Shown piece after piece: positions 10,035 through 20,803 of a stretch of DNA of 64,000 nt (position 1 is the stretch's first letter; each line of letters begins with the position of its first letter). The DNA is taken from the NCBI GenBank assembly GCA_020184695.1, contig JAANOX010000159.1:124001-188000 (forward strand), written 5' to 3'. The notes under the pieces are model-generated. The model was not told the origin of the DNA, did no database searches, and saw only the letters and a list, made by a program, of their open reading frames with translations. Source of the DNA: Histomonas meleagridis 2922-C6/04-290x (Eukaryota > Protista > Parabasalia). Made by a program: the position numbers and the translations under genes.

Positions 10035-10790
10035 CTGAAAAATTGCAGTTAAATCCGCCTGAAATCTATTCAAAAAGTTTATTGAAAATTTGGTGTAAAA
10101 CGCCTAAAAAGTTGTTTAAGTCAGTTTTTTTTCTGAAGTCTGAGCCTCCTGTAACAAAAGTGGAAATCCCCACATATAATAAGTAAAGTACTCAAAATCA
10201 AAAAATTTGAGAAACTGTAAATTTCATCGGATTACCGTTAGCAATCGACATCATAATCTTTTACAATTCGGTTGGAATGTATCACTCTAAGTTCACAGTA
10301 AAATTATTAATGATTTTAGTAATCAATTAAACATTGATATCAACTGATATTTTATCTGTACCTAACTGGATTTTTTTGGTAATTATCAATACTTTTATTT
10401 TTTTTTCGAATGAAAATTTAAATTTAAATTTTAAAATTGTTGTAGATTTAATTTCAAAAATATTAATTATATTTTTAAAAATACCTGTTTTCTTTACTGA
10501 ACACTTTGAATGAGCGTATTGCTGAAGCGTGTTTTACCTTAATCAAAATACTAACTAATTTCGATTTCTAACATTAGATATTTTTTTCTATGCTTTTATT
10601 GATATCAGCAGAAGAACAAAATTCTTTTTATCTTAGAAGCTAAAAAAATATTTATTTTCTTTGGAAATTTTATTATTTTCATGAAAGATGAATGTCATAC
10701 CTATTCTATACAAAAGTGACATGTCACGAAAAAAGCAAAAATGAATCAAAAATGTAAACAATAGAAAAGGTGCATCGTTTTCAAAAACTG

Positions 10791-11456
10791 ATGTCATCTG
10801 GCGAAAAAAGCCTTCTTGACAAACTTATAATTCCACAAACTTATGACCTTGAAACAGAATCTCTTACTGTTACATCAATGGTAGTTAACGTGAAAGCTTC
10901 GACTCCAGATCCACTTCGAGCCGGAAAAAGAATAGAATCACAATGGACAAAACTTACAGTTCAGCCAGAAACAACGCTTAAAAACCTTATCAGCCAGTTT
11001 CAAAAAACCAACTCAGATTTTGTTGGTTATGAATTTCTAGTAAAGTATAATAATAGACTTTTCAAAAGTGGAACAGTTCAAGAATGTGGAATAACCAACA
11101 AAAGCAACATCGAGCTTGTTTCCTTATCATCTGAACAATCAGCCCTTAAAAATCAAGGTTTCATTCTTAGTTATTGGAGTCTTGTGCCAATGATGCTTGC
11201 ACTATCTTTCCTTATTGGTTCACTTGTTGGTACATATAACATATATCTTAGGGGTGTATTTTTCCTTATTGGTAGCATCATGCTTATTCCGTCAGTTGTA
11301 TGCTTTGTTATTGGAATCAGCGAAGTATTTCCAGCATTATTCAAAGTCTCTTTTGTGAACTACATCTGGTTCGGCCCGTGCTGTGATTGTTGTTATCATA
11401 ACAAAGATGCCGATGACTTTGAAGAAGACGAAGAAATTATTGATGTCCAAGTGTAA
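10791..11456 (+). CDS. Ubiquitin-like domain plus transmembrane protein (TMUB/Dsc3-like architecture)
   Basis: LTVQPETTLKNL...L...GTVQECGITNKSNIELV Ubl pattern, two or three hydrophobic helices, CCDCC cluster, acidic tail. Confidence 0.6.
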   Translation: MSSGEKSLLDKLIIPQTYDLETESLTVTSMVVNVKASTPDPLRAGKRIESQWTKLTVQPETTLKNLISQFQKTNSDFVGYEFLVKYNNRLFKSGTVQECGITNKSNIELVSLSSEQSALKNQGFILSYWSLVPMMLALSFLIGSLVGTYNIYLRGVFFLIGSIMLIPSVVCFVIGISEVFPALFKVSFVNYIWFGPCCDCCYHNKDADDFEEDEEIIDVQV

Positions 11457-11762
11457 AAAACAAATGGTACCAGTCGAACCTTTTTTATTTCTTCAATAAA
11501 CAATTATCCCAAAATAAATAAATATTTGGTTTTCTTTAACGGTTTCGGGCACCACAACACTTCATCAGTGAATATTCACTTAATGAAAATCATAAAGCGT
11601 ATGTAAACACTATAAAAGTGTAATTATTCCTTTAAAGCAAAATAAAAAAAGATAAAATTGTTAATATTAACATAAAAGAAAGTAAAATCAAAAAGAAAAG
11701 AATTTTACTTGTAAAATATTCAAATTGTCTTATCGTCAATAAGAAATTATGATTTATGGTTT

Positions 11763-12749
11763 TTAGTCGAATGCGTGGCCAGCTGAGCCAAGAACTTCTC
11801 TGTTCTTACGAGCGTACATTTCTGTAAGCTTTGTACGTGCTTCACCGAGGTATTGACGTGGGTCGAACCATTCTGGATGTTCAACGAATAAGCGACGGAT
11901 TGTACCTGTCATAACCATACGGCCATCAGAATCAATGTTGATCTTGCAAACAGCAGAGCGTGATGCTTCACGAAGTTGATCTTCTGGGATACCAACTGCA
12001 TCTGGCATCTTACCACCATACTTGTTAACCATTTCAACATATTCTTGTGGGATGGAGGATGATCCGTGGAGAACGATTGGGAATCCTGGAAGCTTCTTCT
12101 CGACTTCGTGGAGGATATCGAGACGGATTTGTGGTTTTGTGCCTGGTGGGAATTTGTAAGCACCATGGGATGTACCAATGGCAATAGCAAGTGAGTCAAC
12201 GCCTGTCTTGGAAACAAAGTCTTGAACTTCTTCTGGGCGTGTGTATGTGTGATGTTCAGCTTTGACATCATCTTCAACACCAGCAAGGATACCAAGTTCA
12301 CCTTCGACGGTGACATAGTCCTTTTGTGAGTGTGCGAATTCGACAACCTTCTTTGTAAGGGCAACATTTTCATCATATGGAAGATGAGAACCATCAATCA
12401 TAACGGATGAGAAGCCCTTTTCAATGCAGCTCTTGCAAAGCTCGAATGAATCACCATGGTCAAGATGAAGAACAATTGGGATAAGCTTATGTTCTGGATG
12501 GATTTCACGTGCAAATTCAACAGCACCTTGTGCCATGTAACGGAGCATTGTTGCGTTAGCATATTTACGTGCGCCAGCAGAGATTTGAAGGATAACTGGG
12601 GATTCTGTTTGAACGCATGCTGTGATAACGGCTTGTAATTGTTCCATTTGTGAAAAGTTGTATCCTGGAATAGCATATCCACCATGGACAGCCTTAGCGA
12701 AGATATCTTTTGAGTTAACAAGACCGAGTTCTTTGTAAGAAACAGCCAT
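11763..12749 (-). CDS. FBA: Fructose-1,6-bisphosphate aldolase, class II (bacterial-type)
   Basis: LHLDHG, SVMIDGSH, VEGELG, AIGTSHG, VLHGSS, KINIDSD; strongly biased codons; ATG at 12749. Confidence 0.97.
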   Translation of the reverse strand: MAVSYKELGLVNSKDIFAKAVHGGYAIPGYNFSQMEQLQAVITACVQTESPVILQISAGARKYANATMLRYMAQGAVEFAREIHPEHKLIPIVLHLDHGDSFELCKSCIEKGFSSVMIDGSHLPYDENVALTKKVVEFAHSQKDYVTVEGELGILAGVEDDVKAEHHTYTRPEEVQDFVSKTGVDSLAIAIGTSHGAYKFPPGTKPQIRLDILHEVEKKLPGFPIVLHGSSSIPQEYVEMVNKYGGKMPDAVGIPEDQLREASRSAVCKINIDSDGRMVMTGTIRRLFVEHPEWFDPRQYLGEARTKLTEMYARKNREVLGSAGHAFD

Positions 12750-12756
12750 TACAAAA

Positions 12757-12766
12757 AGTGAAATGA
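12757..12766 (-). promoter_or_regulatory. Tandem initiator (Inr) TCATTTCACT upstream of FBA
   Basis: Matches the parabasalid Inr TCA(Y)T, ending 7 nt before the ATG. Confidence 0.8.
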
Positions 12767-13234
12767 CCACTCACGTTCCAAAATTCGGAGCGGCCAACAA
12801 GTAACGGCTTAAAAGTGACACGTAGCATAATCTCAAAAAAATTCATTAACCTTTTCATGCATGAACAATAATAATAATATATGCATATAAACAATCCTTG
12901 TCTATACATTCTACATAATTCCTAAATTTATCAATTTCTGAAATTGGGATAATATATTAATATATTACAATGTATCGAAAAAGTAACACATTATGAAACC
13001 TTTCTATTCTCGCAAAATTAAAAAAGTTATCACATGGTTAATACTTAATTGGTCTTGAAATGAATAAAATATTCTTATTTCATTATGGTTGGAACTAATT
13101 CTATTAATAAACTATTCAATTTTCACAGAAACTGTTCCAACATTGTCGATATTCAATATCGGCTTTTTAGATCACATGTCTTCCACCAACCAGTTCCATA
13201 AAACCGTTAATTCCTTGAAAATTGACTGGCTTGG

Positions 13235-13239
13235 CCTTT
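13235..13239 (+). promoter_or_regulatory. M5 core promoter element CCTTT of RPL22
   Basis: CCTTT 3 nt before ATG 13243; the same motif precedes RPL31 and RPS2; known ribosomal-protein promoter element in Trichomonas vaginalis. Confidence 0.7.
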
Positions 13240-13242
13240 CGG

Positions 13243-13563
13243 ATGACTGCTGTTTACAAGATCGATTGCGCTTCACCAATCTCAGATAAGGTTTTCTCTC
13301 TTCAAGACTTTGTTGAATACCTTCAGAAAAAGATGAAGGTCAATAAGCTTGTTAATAACCTTAAGAACAAAGTTACAATCGAAGCTGATGCCAAGGAAAG
13401 TAAGATTGCTATCACATGCAATGTTAAATACTCAAAGCGTGCTGTCCGTTATTATGCCCGTAAGTTCCTTCAGAAGCAAGGATTCCACGAACGTTATAGG
13501 GTTATCTCAACAGCTAAGGATACATATGAACTCCGTACATATGGTCCAACATCCAAAGAGTAA
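13243..13563 (+). CDS. RPL22: 60S ribosomal protein L22 (eL22)
   Basis: YKIDCASP..D, KMKVN, YSKRAVRYYARKFL, YRVIST.KDTYELR. Confidence 0.92.
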   Translation: MTAVYKIDCASPISDKVFSLQDFVEYLQKKMKVNKLVNNLKNKVTIEADAKESKIAITCNVKYSKRAVRYYARKFLQKQGFHERYRVISTAKDTYELRTYGPTSKE

Positions 13564-13564
13564 A
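13561..13564 (+). terminator. TAAA stop-overlapping polyadenylation signal (example; also at 6305, 8813, 11454, 16841, 25319, 28559, 29677, 44065)
   Basis: TAA stop followed by A in many genes, matching the UAAA poly(A) signal described for trichomonads. Confidence 0.6.
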
Positions 13565-13828
13565 TAATCAATTCTTGAATTTTATTTATTTCAATCTGTG
13601 AACATATTTATCTAATTAACAATGTTAGTTCATTTTTATTCTAATAATTACTAATAAATTTGCCAATTAATTCAGCTGAATTATTAAGTTAAAATATTTT
13701 CATTAGTAAAAAATATAGGTAATTCAAGAACTCCATATTTTGGGGGCACCTGTTTTTACAACGATTAAAAATTTCTGAAGTTTTTTTTTTTTTTACAACA
13801 GAAGAGCGTTCCTCCGATAACTAAATTC

Positions 13829-16800
13829 ATGATGATTTTTCCCATCTTTTTTTTAGCTTGTCGAAGTCAAATATTAATTAACGCAAATGATATTGCTCAA
13901 GAAATTGAAGGGATAAATTTAACTGAAGCTATTAATAAATCTGGGATTGATAAACTTGAAATTTTCAAACTCAAATTTATTTCTGGAACAATTTTAGAAT
14001 CCGACCTGCAAAGCTTTACTCAGGAGTTTCCTAATTGCGATATGATTGAAGTTTTAAGAGATGTTAAATTTGAAAATAATTCTATTCCAAATAATTCTTT
14101 TAATTCGCATGCAAAACTTCGATCTTTTGTTGTACAATCTTATGTGCCCATTATAATAGGCGAAAAAGCATTCAAAGAGTGTCAAAATCTTCGCATTTTT
14201 TCTGTTGAAAACACAGTAGAAATTGGATTTGAAGCCTTTTGTAACATTTACGATCCAACGCATACTTTATCATTTACATTTGATTCTGTTAAAATTGGTG
14301 AATCAGCATTTCGTTATTCCACATTTCAATCCATTCAACTTAGTGGCCAAAATACAACCATTTCCGACAATGCGTTTCGAGGCTGTGAAATTCAATATCT
14401 CTATATTAATGATGTTACCACGTTTTCCAATTATTCATTTTCAGATTCCACAATATTTAATGCCAGTTTTCCATCACTTACCAAAGCCGCAACAAACACA
14501 TTTTCTGGGTCAAGTTTTTTTGAAGTTAATTGTGGATTATCAACATTAACAACAGAGTTTATATCTGTACTTCGGTCAGATGTTACCAAAATTAATCTTC
14601 CGAAACTTATCAATACAACGGACAGCATGTTTAGTTTTTTCACCAATCTTGAATATATTAGTATTCCTGAAGTTGATTATATTAGTCGATCCTGTTTTTA
14701 TTGTTGTGTTCGTCTTGAAAAAGTCGATTTAGGGCATGCGAAAATCATTGATGATAATGCATTTGAATTCTGTTCAGCACTTAATAAAATAAATATTGAA
14801 GAAATCGAACAAATTGGTTCATACTCATTTAAAGACTGTGTATCATTTGAAACATTAAACCTTACAAGTGTATGGAAGATTGGCGATTGTGCATTTGAAA
14901 ACACTGCTTCGTTACGTGAAATTGAAGCGCCTAATCTAACTCAAGCAGGACAAAGTTTGTTTTCTCGATGCACAAAGCTTGAACGTATTGAATTCAAATC
15001 TTTAACAACATGTGAAAGTAATGTATTCACAGGAATTGAAAACTGTTTATTAAGTGTTGAATTATATTCTATTATTAATATTGGTTATGGCTTTTTTAGA
15101 GATTTTATTGCATTAAGAACAGTGATTTTCAATTCTGTTCAAGAAATTTCAGCTTATTCATTTGATTCTTGTAAAAATCTTTCTTATGTTGAGTTTCCGA
15201 ATGTACAAAAAATTTTTCAATGTGCTTTTACTGAATGTTATTCATTAGTAAATATCACTTTTCCAAACTTAGTGACGATTCTTAATGAAGTATTTCAAAA
15301 TTGCATTAATTTAGAGGTGTTAGATATTCCAAATGTAATCGAAATTGGTTCAAGTGCATTTGAAAACTGTCGAAAGTTATGGTATTTAAATGCACCTAAA
15401 CTTGAAACTGTTGGTGAATATTTCTTAAGTGATATTAATATATCAAATGAATATTTGTTTTGTAGTAATTTGAAATCTATTAATGTCTTTGGGTTTTCTA
15501 ACAATAAAAGAATCAAAGAAATCGTTTTAGATAAAGTTGAAAAAGCTGATATCAATTTATTTTATGGTTGTACTAATTTAGAAACAATTAAATTACCAAA
15601 TATTCATGAATTAGGTGATTCATCATTTGAATCATGTGAAAGTCTTAAAGAAATTGAATTTAATTATCTTACATCATTAGGTCAAAAATGTTTTATTAAT
15701 TGTATTAATTTGATTTCTGCTAGTTTAAATTCAATTACTTCTTTTCCTGAATATACATTTTCGAATTGTATAAACCTTTTAAATGTTAGCTTAATAAATT
15801 GTGAGGAAATTGGTTCATATGCTTTTACGAATTGTACTTCATTAAAAGTTATAAATTTGCCAAGTTTAACATCGGTAAGTTCATTTGTATTTTGTGATTG
15901 TACTTCATTAGAAGAAATTCATGCATTAAACTGTCACCAAATTAATGCTTTTAGCTTTACTAATTGCCAAAACATAAAAATATTCGATTTCCCTAATTTA
16001 ACATACTTAGGCTTGAATATGGCTGAATTTAAATATATTACTGAACTTAATTATGAAAAGCTGGACGATATTGGCGATTCACCTTTTAAAGATTTTTATA
16101 GTTTAACAAAAGTTACTTTCCCTTTGCTTCAAAGAGCAAGTGTACAAGCATTTTGTAATTGTATATCATTAACAGAAGCTTATTTACCTTCTGTTCAAAC
16201 TATTTCTCAAAATGCTTTTTATAATTGTACTTTATTAACAAATTTAACTTTAGGTAATGTTATTTCGATTTATAGTTATGCATTTGCTTATTGTAATTCA
16301 TTAAATTATCTTGATTTAAATAGCCTTAATGAAATACCTTCTGGTGAAAAAGGAGTTTTTGAAAATTGTACAAATTTAAGGATTTTATTAATGAATAATT
16401 TAACAATTGTTTCAAATGAATCTGACTTGTTTTTGAACTGTTTAAATCTTTATAGAATTGAATTAGGTTCCCAACAACCGCAAACTTTCGGTGAAAAAGT
16501 TTTCGAAAACACAAAAATTCAGAAGGAGAACGTTAACGGACTTAATGTTATTCCAATTCATTTATGTTTACCTTATACAAAAGATTATGATAATTATGAA
16601 GTTAATGGCATATGGAAAGGAATTTATTCATATCCACCTGATAATTATTTTGATTTATGTGTTAATTCATTAGAAAGAGCTGAAAAAGAAAACAGTAAAA
16701 TATATTTAATTGTTGGATTAGTTTTAGGTGGATGTGTAATTATAGGTCTTTTAATCACTATATACGTATTAAGGAAAAGAAAGAATTCTCGAGACTTTAA

Positions 16801-16843
16801 TTTAGTTATTGAAGTAGATGATGATTCAAATGAAACAGAATAA
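13829..16843 (+). CDS. BspA-like leucine-rich-repeat (TpLRR/LRR_5) surface protein, type I membrane
   Basis: Signal-like N-terminus, many IgxxAFxxCxxLxxIxLP repeats, TM IYLIVGLVLGGCVIIGLLITIYVL, basic then acidic tail. Confidence 0.92.
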   Translation: MMIFPIFFLACRSQILINANDIAQEIEGINLTEAINKSGIDKLEIFKLKFISGTILESDLQSFTQEFPNCDMIEVLRDVKFENNSIPNNSFNSHAKLRSFVVQSYVPIIIGEKAFKECQNLRIFSVENTVEIGFEAFCNIYDPTHTLSFTFDSVKIGESAFRYSTFQSIQLSGQNTTISDNAFRGCEIQYLYINDVTTFSNYSFSDSTIFNASFPSLTKAATNTFSGSSFFEVNCGLSTLTTEFISVLRSDVTKINLPKLINTTDSMFSFFTNLEYISIPEVDYISRSCFYCCVRLEKVDLGHAKIIDDNAFEFCSALNKINIEEIEQIGSYSFKDCVSFETLNLTSVWKIGDCAFENTASLREIEAPNLTQAGQSLFSRCTKLERIEFKSLTTCESNVFTGIENCLLSVELYSIINIGYGFFRDFIALRTVIFNSVQEISAYSFDSCKNLSYVEFPNVQKIFQCAFTECYSLVNITFPNLVTILNEVFQNCINLEVLDIPNVIEIGSSAFENCRKLWYLNAPKLETVGEYFLSDINISNEYLFCSNLKSINVFGFSNNKRIKEIVLDKVEKADINLFYGCTNLETIKLPNIHELGDSSFESCESLKEIEFNYLTSLGQKCFINCINLISASLNSITSFPEYTFSNCINLLNVSLINCEEIGSYAFTNCTSLKVINLPSLTSVSSFVFCDCTSLEEIHALNCHQINAFSFTNCQNIKIFDFPNLTYLGLNMAEFKYITELNYEKLDDIGDSPFKDFYSLTKVTFPLLQRASVQAFCNCISLTEAYLPSVQTISQNAFYNCTLLTNLTLGNVISIYSYAFAYCNSLNYLDLNSLNEIPSGEKGVFENCTNLRILLMNNLTIVSNESDLFLNCLNLYRIELGSQQPQTFGEKVFENTKIQKENVNGLNVIPIHLCLPYTKDYDNYEVNGIWKGIYSYPPDNYFDLCVNSLERAEKENSKIYLIVGLVLGGCVIIGLLITIYVLRKRKNSRDFNLVIEVDDDSNETE

Positions 16844-16935
16844 AAATAAATAAACAGTAAAATTGTAGTCACTTTTACTTGTCAAAAATTTGTATTTTAA
16901 ACTATTGAAAAATTTAAATAAACCGTCACTGTCTG

Positions 16936-19900
16936 ATGACTGAGGGGAGCTTTAGCGCAATAAAGAAGACTTATAAAGAAATAGTGACAGCAGAAAGCAA
17001 AGGAAATGACGCATCCAGAATAGGCCCCTTAGTTACATCGTTTTTTAGCAAGGTTGCAAAATATTTGGAATCTTTAATGAACAGTGATGGTATTATTGAT
17101 GTTAAAGGAATGAAATTATCAAAGGTTAATCGATTGGCTGAATTTTGCGATCATCTTATTGAACAAGGTTATTCAAATTTCATTAAAGATGTTGATCCAA
17201 ATATAATTATAAGTACAATTCAATTTTTAACTAATGATGGGTTTGACAAAAAAATCCAAGTAAATCTTAAAGATACAACCTATCGTTTAATTAATTTCAT
17301 TATTTCTAATGAAGATTTCATGAATTCAGATCGAGCAAAAAGCTTTGTTCAAAGCTTTTTAAAGAAAGAAATTAAACCCATTGAAACAAAAGGTACTCCT
17401 AACAATGAAATTAAACTTTTTACATTTTTATTATCATTAACAAAAGAAGAGTTTTCATTTTGGTTAAATCCTCTTTCTGATTACTTTAATAATCCAGATC
17501 GAAACCAACCATTTCCACCCGAAATTAATTTTATTTCAAAAGCAGCAGAAAATAAGTTTAATATATTTTCCAAATCGCATGTAGCTCTATCATTTACTGA
17601 AGAGATTATCCGTCTTTTTGATGTTTCAGAGTTTTCACATCTAAAAATCTGTTTGTCAGAATTATGTAATCAAATAATCACGCCAGATGATATTTTAATT
17701 CAAGCGATTACATTATTTCATCGTCTTGTAATATTATCCAACGAGAAAGACATAGTACATGTTTCATGTATCCGAAAAATTTTCCAACGTTGTACTTCAA
17801 ATTCCATCAAAAACGGAGTATTGAAATTTCTGTCACTTTTGCAACAATTGAACCGCAACAGCGAACGTTATAAGATGAATCAAGGAATATTATTTTTATA
17901 TACTTTAATGTTATTATATGATTCCCGATGTGAAGATCGAAAGATTTGGAAGATGATCATCACGAAAGATACAGCGCATCAATATTTTATACCGATAATG
18001 AAATTTTCTATTTTTGTAGCAGTTGAAACTTTTACTGAAATCTTTTATATTAATAATGAAGAGTTACAACAAATTGCGGCATCACAAACGGATAAAAAGT
18101 CCACCAAAAACACAATGGGTAAAGTTGTAGCGAAATTTATTTCGAACATAAATTCATTCTTTAAGACACCATGGAAATATTCATTAACTATTAATCCATT
18201 AGAAAAGACGAAAATTAAATCATTTCAAAACGTTAATAATGATAAATATGAATTTTATTCTAATTTAGATTTCGATTCATATAATTTAAAATCATTTTCA
18301 CTTAAATGTCTTAAAGCAGGCTTTGGTATGTATTCACCATTAATGTATTCGATCTTAATTTTAACATATTTTGATTTACTTGAAGGAATGCCACCCAAAG
18401 TACGCATAGGTAATCCCAACTGTATATTACAATTATTTTTAGGAGAAGGATTGAAAATTTTATCATTATATGAATATAGTGATGAAATAGCATTAACATT
18501 TTATACTGTTTCAATTTTATTTTCTAATGTAACAGTTCGAATGAAATTATCAAATGATATCTTTGCTAAATGGACTGAAATCATTGGACATTATTCATTT
18601 TGTAATGATGAACGGAAATTATTTAGAGATCAATCATTTAATGCCATTTGTGATTCGATTGAGTTAATGTTACCTGGATGTGAATTATTAATACCTATTT
18701 TTATTAATTATATTAATATTTTTGTTGTTTCACAAGTATATGAATATGAACCACAAGTACAAAAGATTTCAAGTACATTTGCATCTGCTATTATTATATC
18801 GAATTCTGAAATTGGTTTTTCGAATGAATTAATTAAACATTTAAAGAATCGAAAACAATCAAAAGATTCGCCATATTATAATCAATTAATATCAGTTGAT
18901 AATAAATCGATCATCGAAACTATAATAGAATTCTCAAATCGATTATTATCTACATCGAAACAAATACATGTATTTAATGCTATATTACGTATAGTTATTG
19001 AACTTAAAGAGAATAAAGAATTAACAACATATTTATCAAGTTTAATACGATATTTACAACATGATAATATATATGATTTATATTCATTAATACAATTCGC
19101 ACCTAATTTCACTAATTTCTTACCTGATTTCGTTAGTGACTTAATTAAAAATGGTTATTTGGATTTAGCTTTGGAATTCTTAATAGGAACAAGTTATTGC
19201 GTCGATTATCATAAAGATAAAATCGATGAATTATTTTGCGAGAAATGTACACCGGAATTATTAACACGATTTTTAGGTGATTATAAACGTTATCCATTTC
19301 CAAATGGTATTAATTTCCATCAATCGAATTATGATTTATTTAATGTTAATGGTAATGAAGAGAAAAGAGATTTATTTACATTTGTAAGTTCACGAGGAGA
19401 TTTAATCATCGGATTACAAACTAAACAAGAAGAAAATCAATTATCATTAATGACGGCATTAGGTAATTCATCATTAAATATAAAGAATTATGTCCATGAG
19501 AAACAATTTATACCTCATTCATCACCAACATTTCCTGAAGTGAATAATACGATTTCATTAAAATTCGAGCCTTTACAACTTGAAGAATATGAAATCCCAT
19601 TTAATAAAGATTGTATCTTTCATGAAGATGAAGAAGAAAAAGTATTTGAATTAAAGTTACCAGAAACTATAAAAACATTTCCAATACCTTCCGCTATTGA
19701 ACAATTAGGTTTATTTGATGATAATAGTAAATCATTAACAATGGATGCGCAATGTTATCGAGAATCTAAAGCATTAATTAATACATCTTATCGATATAAA
19801 CATAAAATTGCGTTATTATATGTAGCAAAGAATCAACGTGAACAACAACAAATTTTAGGTAATAATTATTTTAGCCCACAATTTTTATCATTTGCTACTA

Positions 19901-20487
19901 AATTGGGTTATTTAATTGATATGAAAACACATTGTTGTACAACAGGAGGTTTAGATGCTAAAAGTTTTTCGACTGGAGAAGTTTCATTATTTTATGCTGA
20001 TTCAATACATGAAGTAATGTTTCATGTTCCATCTTTATTAACATCTGATTTAAAGAATGATCCACAATTTATATATAAGAAAAGACATATCGGTAATGAT
20101 AGCGTACATATTATATGGTGTGAAGATAACGAAGAATATAAAGTGAAAACAATTATTTCACATTTTAATGACGCACATATTGTTATATATCCTTTGGCAT
20201 GTGGAATGTATCATGTTAAAGTGAGCACAAAAACTGATGTAAATTATTTCGGTCCTTTAATGGGAAGATGTATAGTGTCCGAAAGAAATTTGGTCGGATT
20301 GGTCAGAGCAACTGCAATTATGGCGGACCAAGTGATATATATGAAGAAACAAAACGAAAGCGAAATGAAAGCAACACATGCGCCCGCAGTAACTTTGAAT
20401 AGTAATATCTTTGGAACTTTGCCCGCTTTTATTTCCGCGTTGGAATTCGACGCTAAATTACCGGTGATACAAAAGAATGAGAATTAA
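16936..20487 (+). CDS. Rap/Ran-GAP domain protein (RalGAP-alpha/tuberin-like)
   Basis: C-terminal KHKIALLYV...F...LG...GGLD...EVMFHV...KKRHIGNDSVHIIW with the Asn thumb intact. Confidence 0.88.
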   Translation: MTEGSFSAIKKTYKEIVTAESKGNDASRIGPLVTSFFSKVAKYLESLMNSDGIIDVKGMKLSKVNRLAEFCDHLIEQGYSNFIKDVDPNIIISTIQFLTNDGFDKKIQVNLKDTTYRLINFIISNEDFMNSDRAKSFVQSFLKKEIKPIETKGTPNNEIKLFTFLLSLTKEEFSFWLNPLSDYFNNPDRNQPFPPEINFISKAAENKFNIFSKSHVALSFTEEIIRLFDVSEFSHLKICLSELCNQIITPDDILIQAITLFHRLVILSNEKDIVHVSCIRKIFQRCTSNSIKNGVLKFLSLLQQLNRNSERYKMNQGILFLYTLMLLYDSRCEDRKIWKMIITKDTAHQYFIPIMKFSIFVAVETFTEIFYINNEELQQIAASQTDKKSTKNTMGKVVAKFISNINSFFKTPWKYSLTINPLEKTKIKSFQNVNNDKYEFYSNLDFDSYNLKSFSLKCLKAGFGMYSPLMYSILILTYFDLLEGMPPKVRIGNPNCILQLFLGEGLKILSLYEYSDEIALTFYTVSILFSNVTVRMKLSNDIFAKWTEIIGHYSFCNDERKLFRDQSFNAICDSIELMLPGCELLIPIFINYINIFVVSQVYEYEPQVQKISSTFASAIIISNSEIGFSNELIKHLKNRKQSKDSPYYNQLISVDNKSIIETIIEFSNRLLSTSKQIHVFNAILRIVIELKENKELTTYLSSLIRYLQHDNIYDLYSLIQFAPNFTNFLPDFVSDLIKNGYLDLALEFLIGTSYCVDYHKDKIDELFCEKCTPELLTRFLGDYKRYPFPNGINFHQSNYDLFNVNGNEEKRDLFTFVSSRGDLIIGLQTKQEENQLSLMTALGNSSLNIKNYVHEKQFIPHSSPTFPEVNNTISLKFEPLQLEEYEIPFNKDCIFHEDEEEKVFELKLPETIKTFPIPSAIEQLGLFDDNSKSLTMDAQCYRESKALINTSYRYKHKIALLYVAKNQREQQQILGNNYFSPQFLSFATKLGYLIDMKTHCCTTGGLDAKSFSTGEVSLFYADSIHEVMFHVPSLLTSDLKNDPQFIYKKRHIGNDSVHIIWCEDNEEYKVKTIISHFNDAHIVIYPLACGMYHVKVSTKTDVNYFGPLMGRCIVSERNLVGLVRATAIMADQVIYMKKQNESEMKATHAPAVTLNSNIFGTLPAFISALEFDAKLPVIQKNEN

Positions 20488-20803
20488 TTTATAATGTTTT
20501 GATGCAAGTGCAAGTACATCAAAAAGGGGCCGCAGCCAAATAAACTCAGAAAAACTTAAAAAAAACGTGCGCACTCAAATTTTGTTTGCTTTTTAACGGT
20601 TGTTAAACCCCAAAATGTACTTTTATTTCAATTTTCTGAACTTATATCGTAAATATTGAATTTTTAATGTAACTTATTTCGAAATTATATCAAAAAGTTA
20701 ATGAAGTTCTGAGCGTTGATAGGATAATTCAATGTTTCGGTTCTGAAACTTTTGATCGTTTTCGATCCCACCACCCACAAAATAAACACTTTTTCTCTGA
20801 TCA

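Noticed and set aside
13176-13289. Upstream out-of-frame ORF overlapping the RPL22 start
   Set aside because: The M5 element at 13235 implies transcription starts downstream of this ATG, and the peptide has no recognisable homology.
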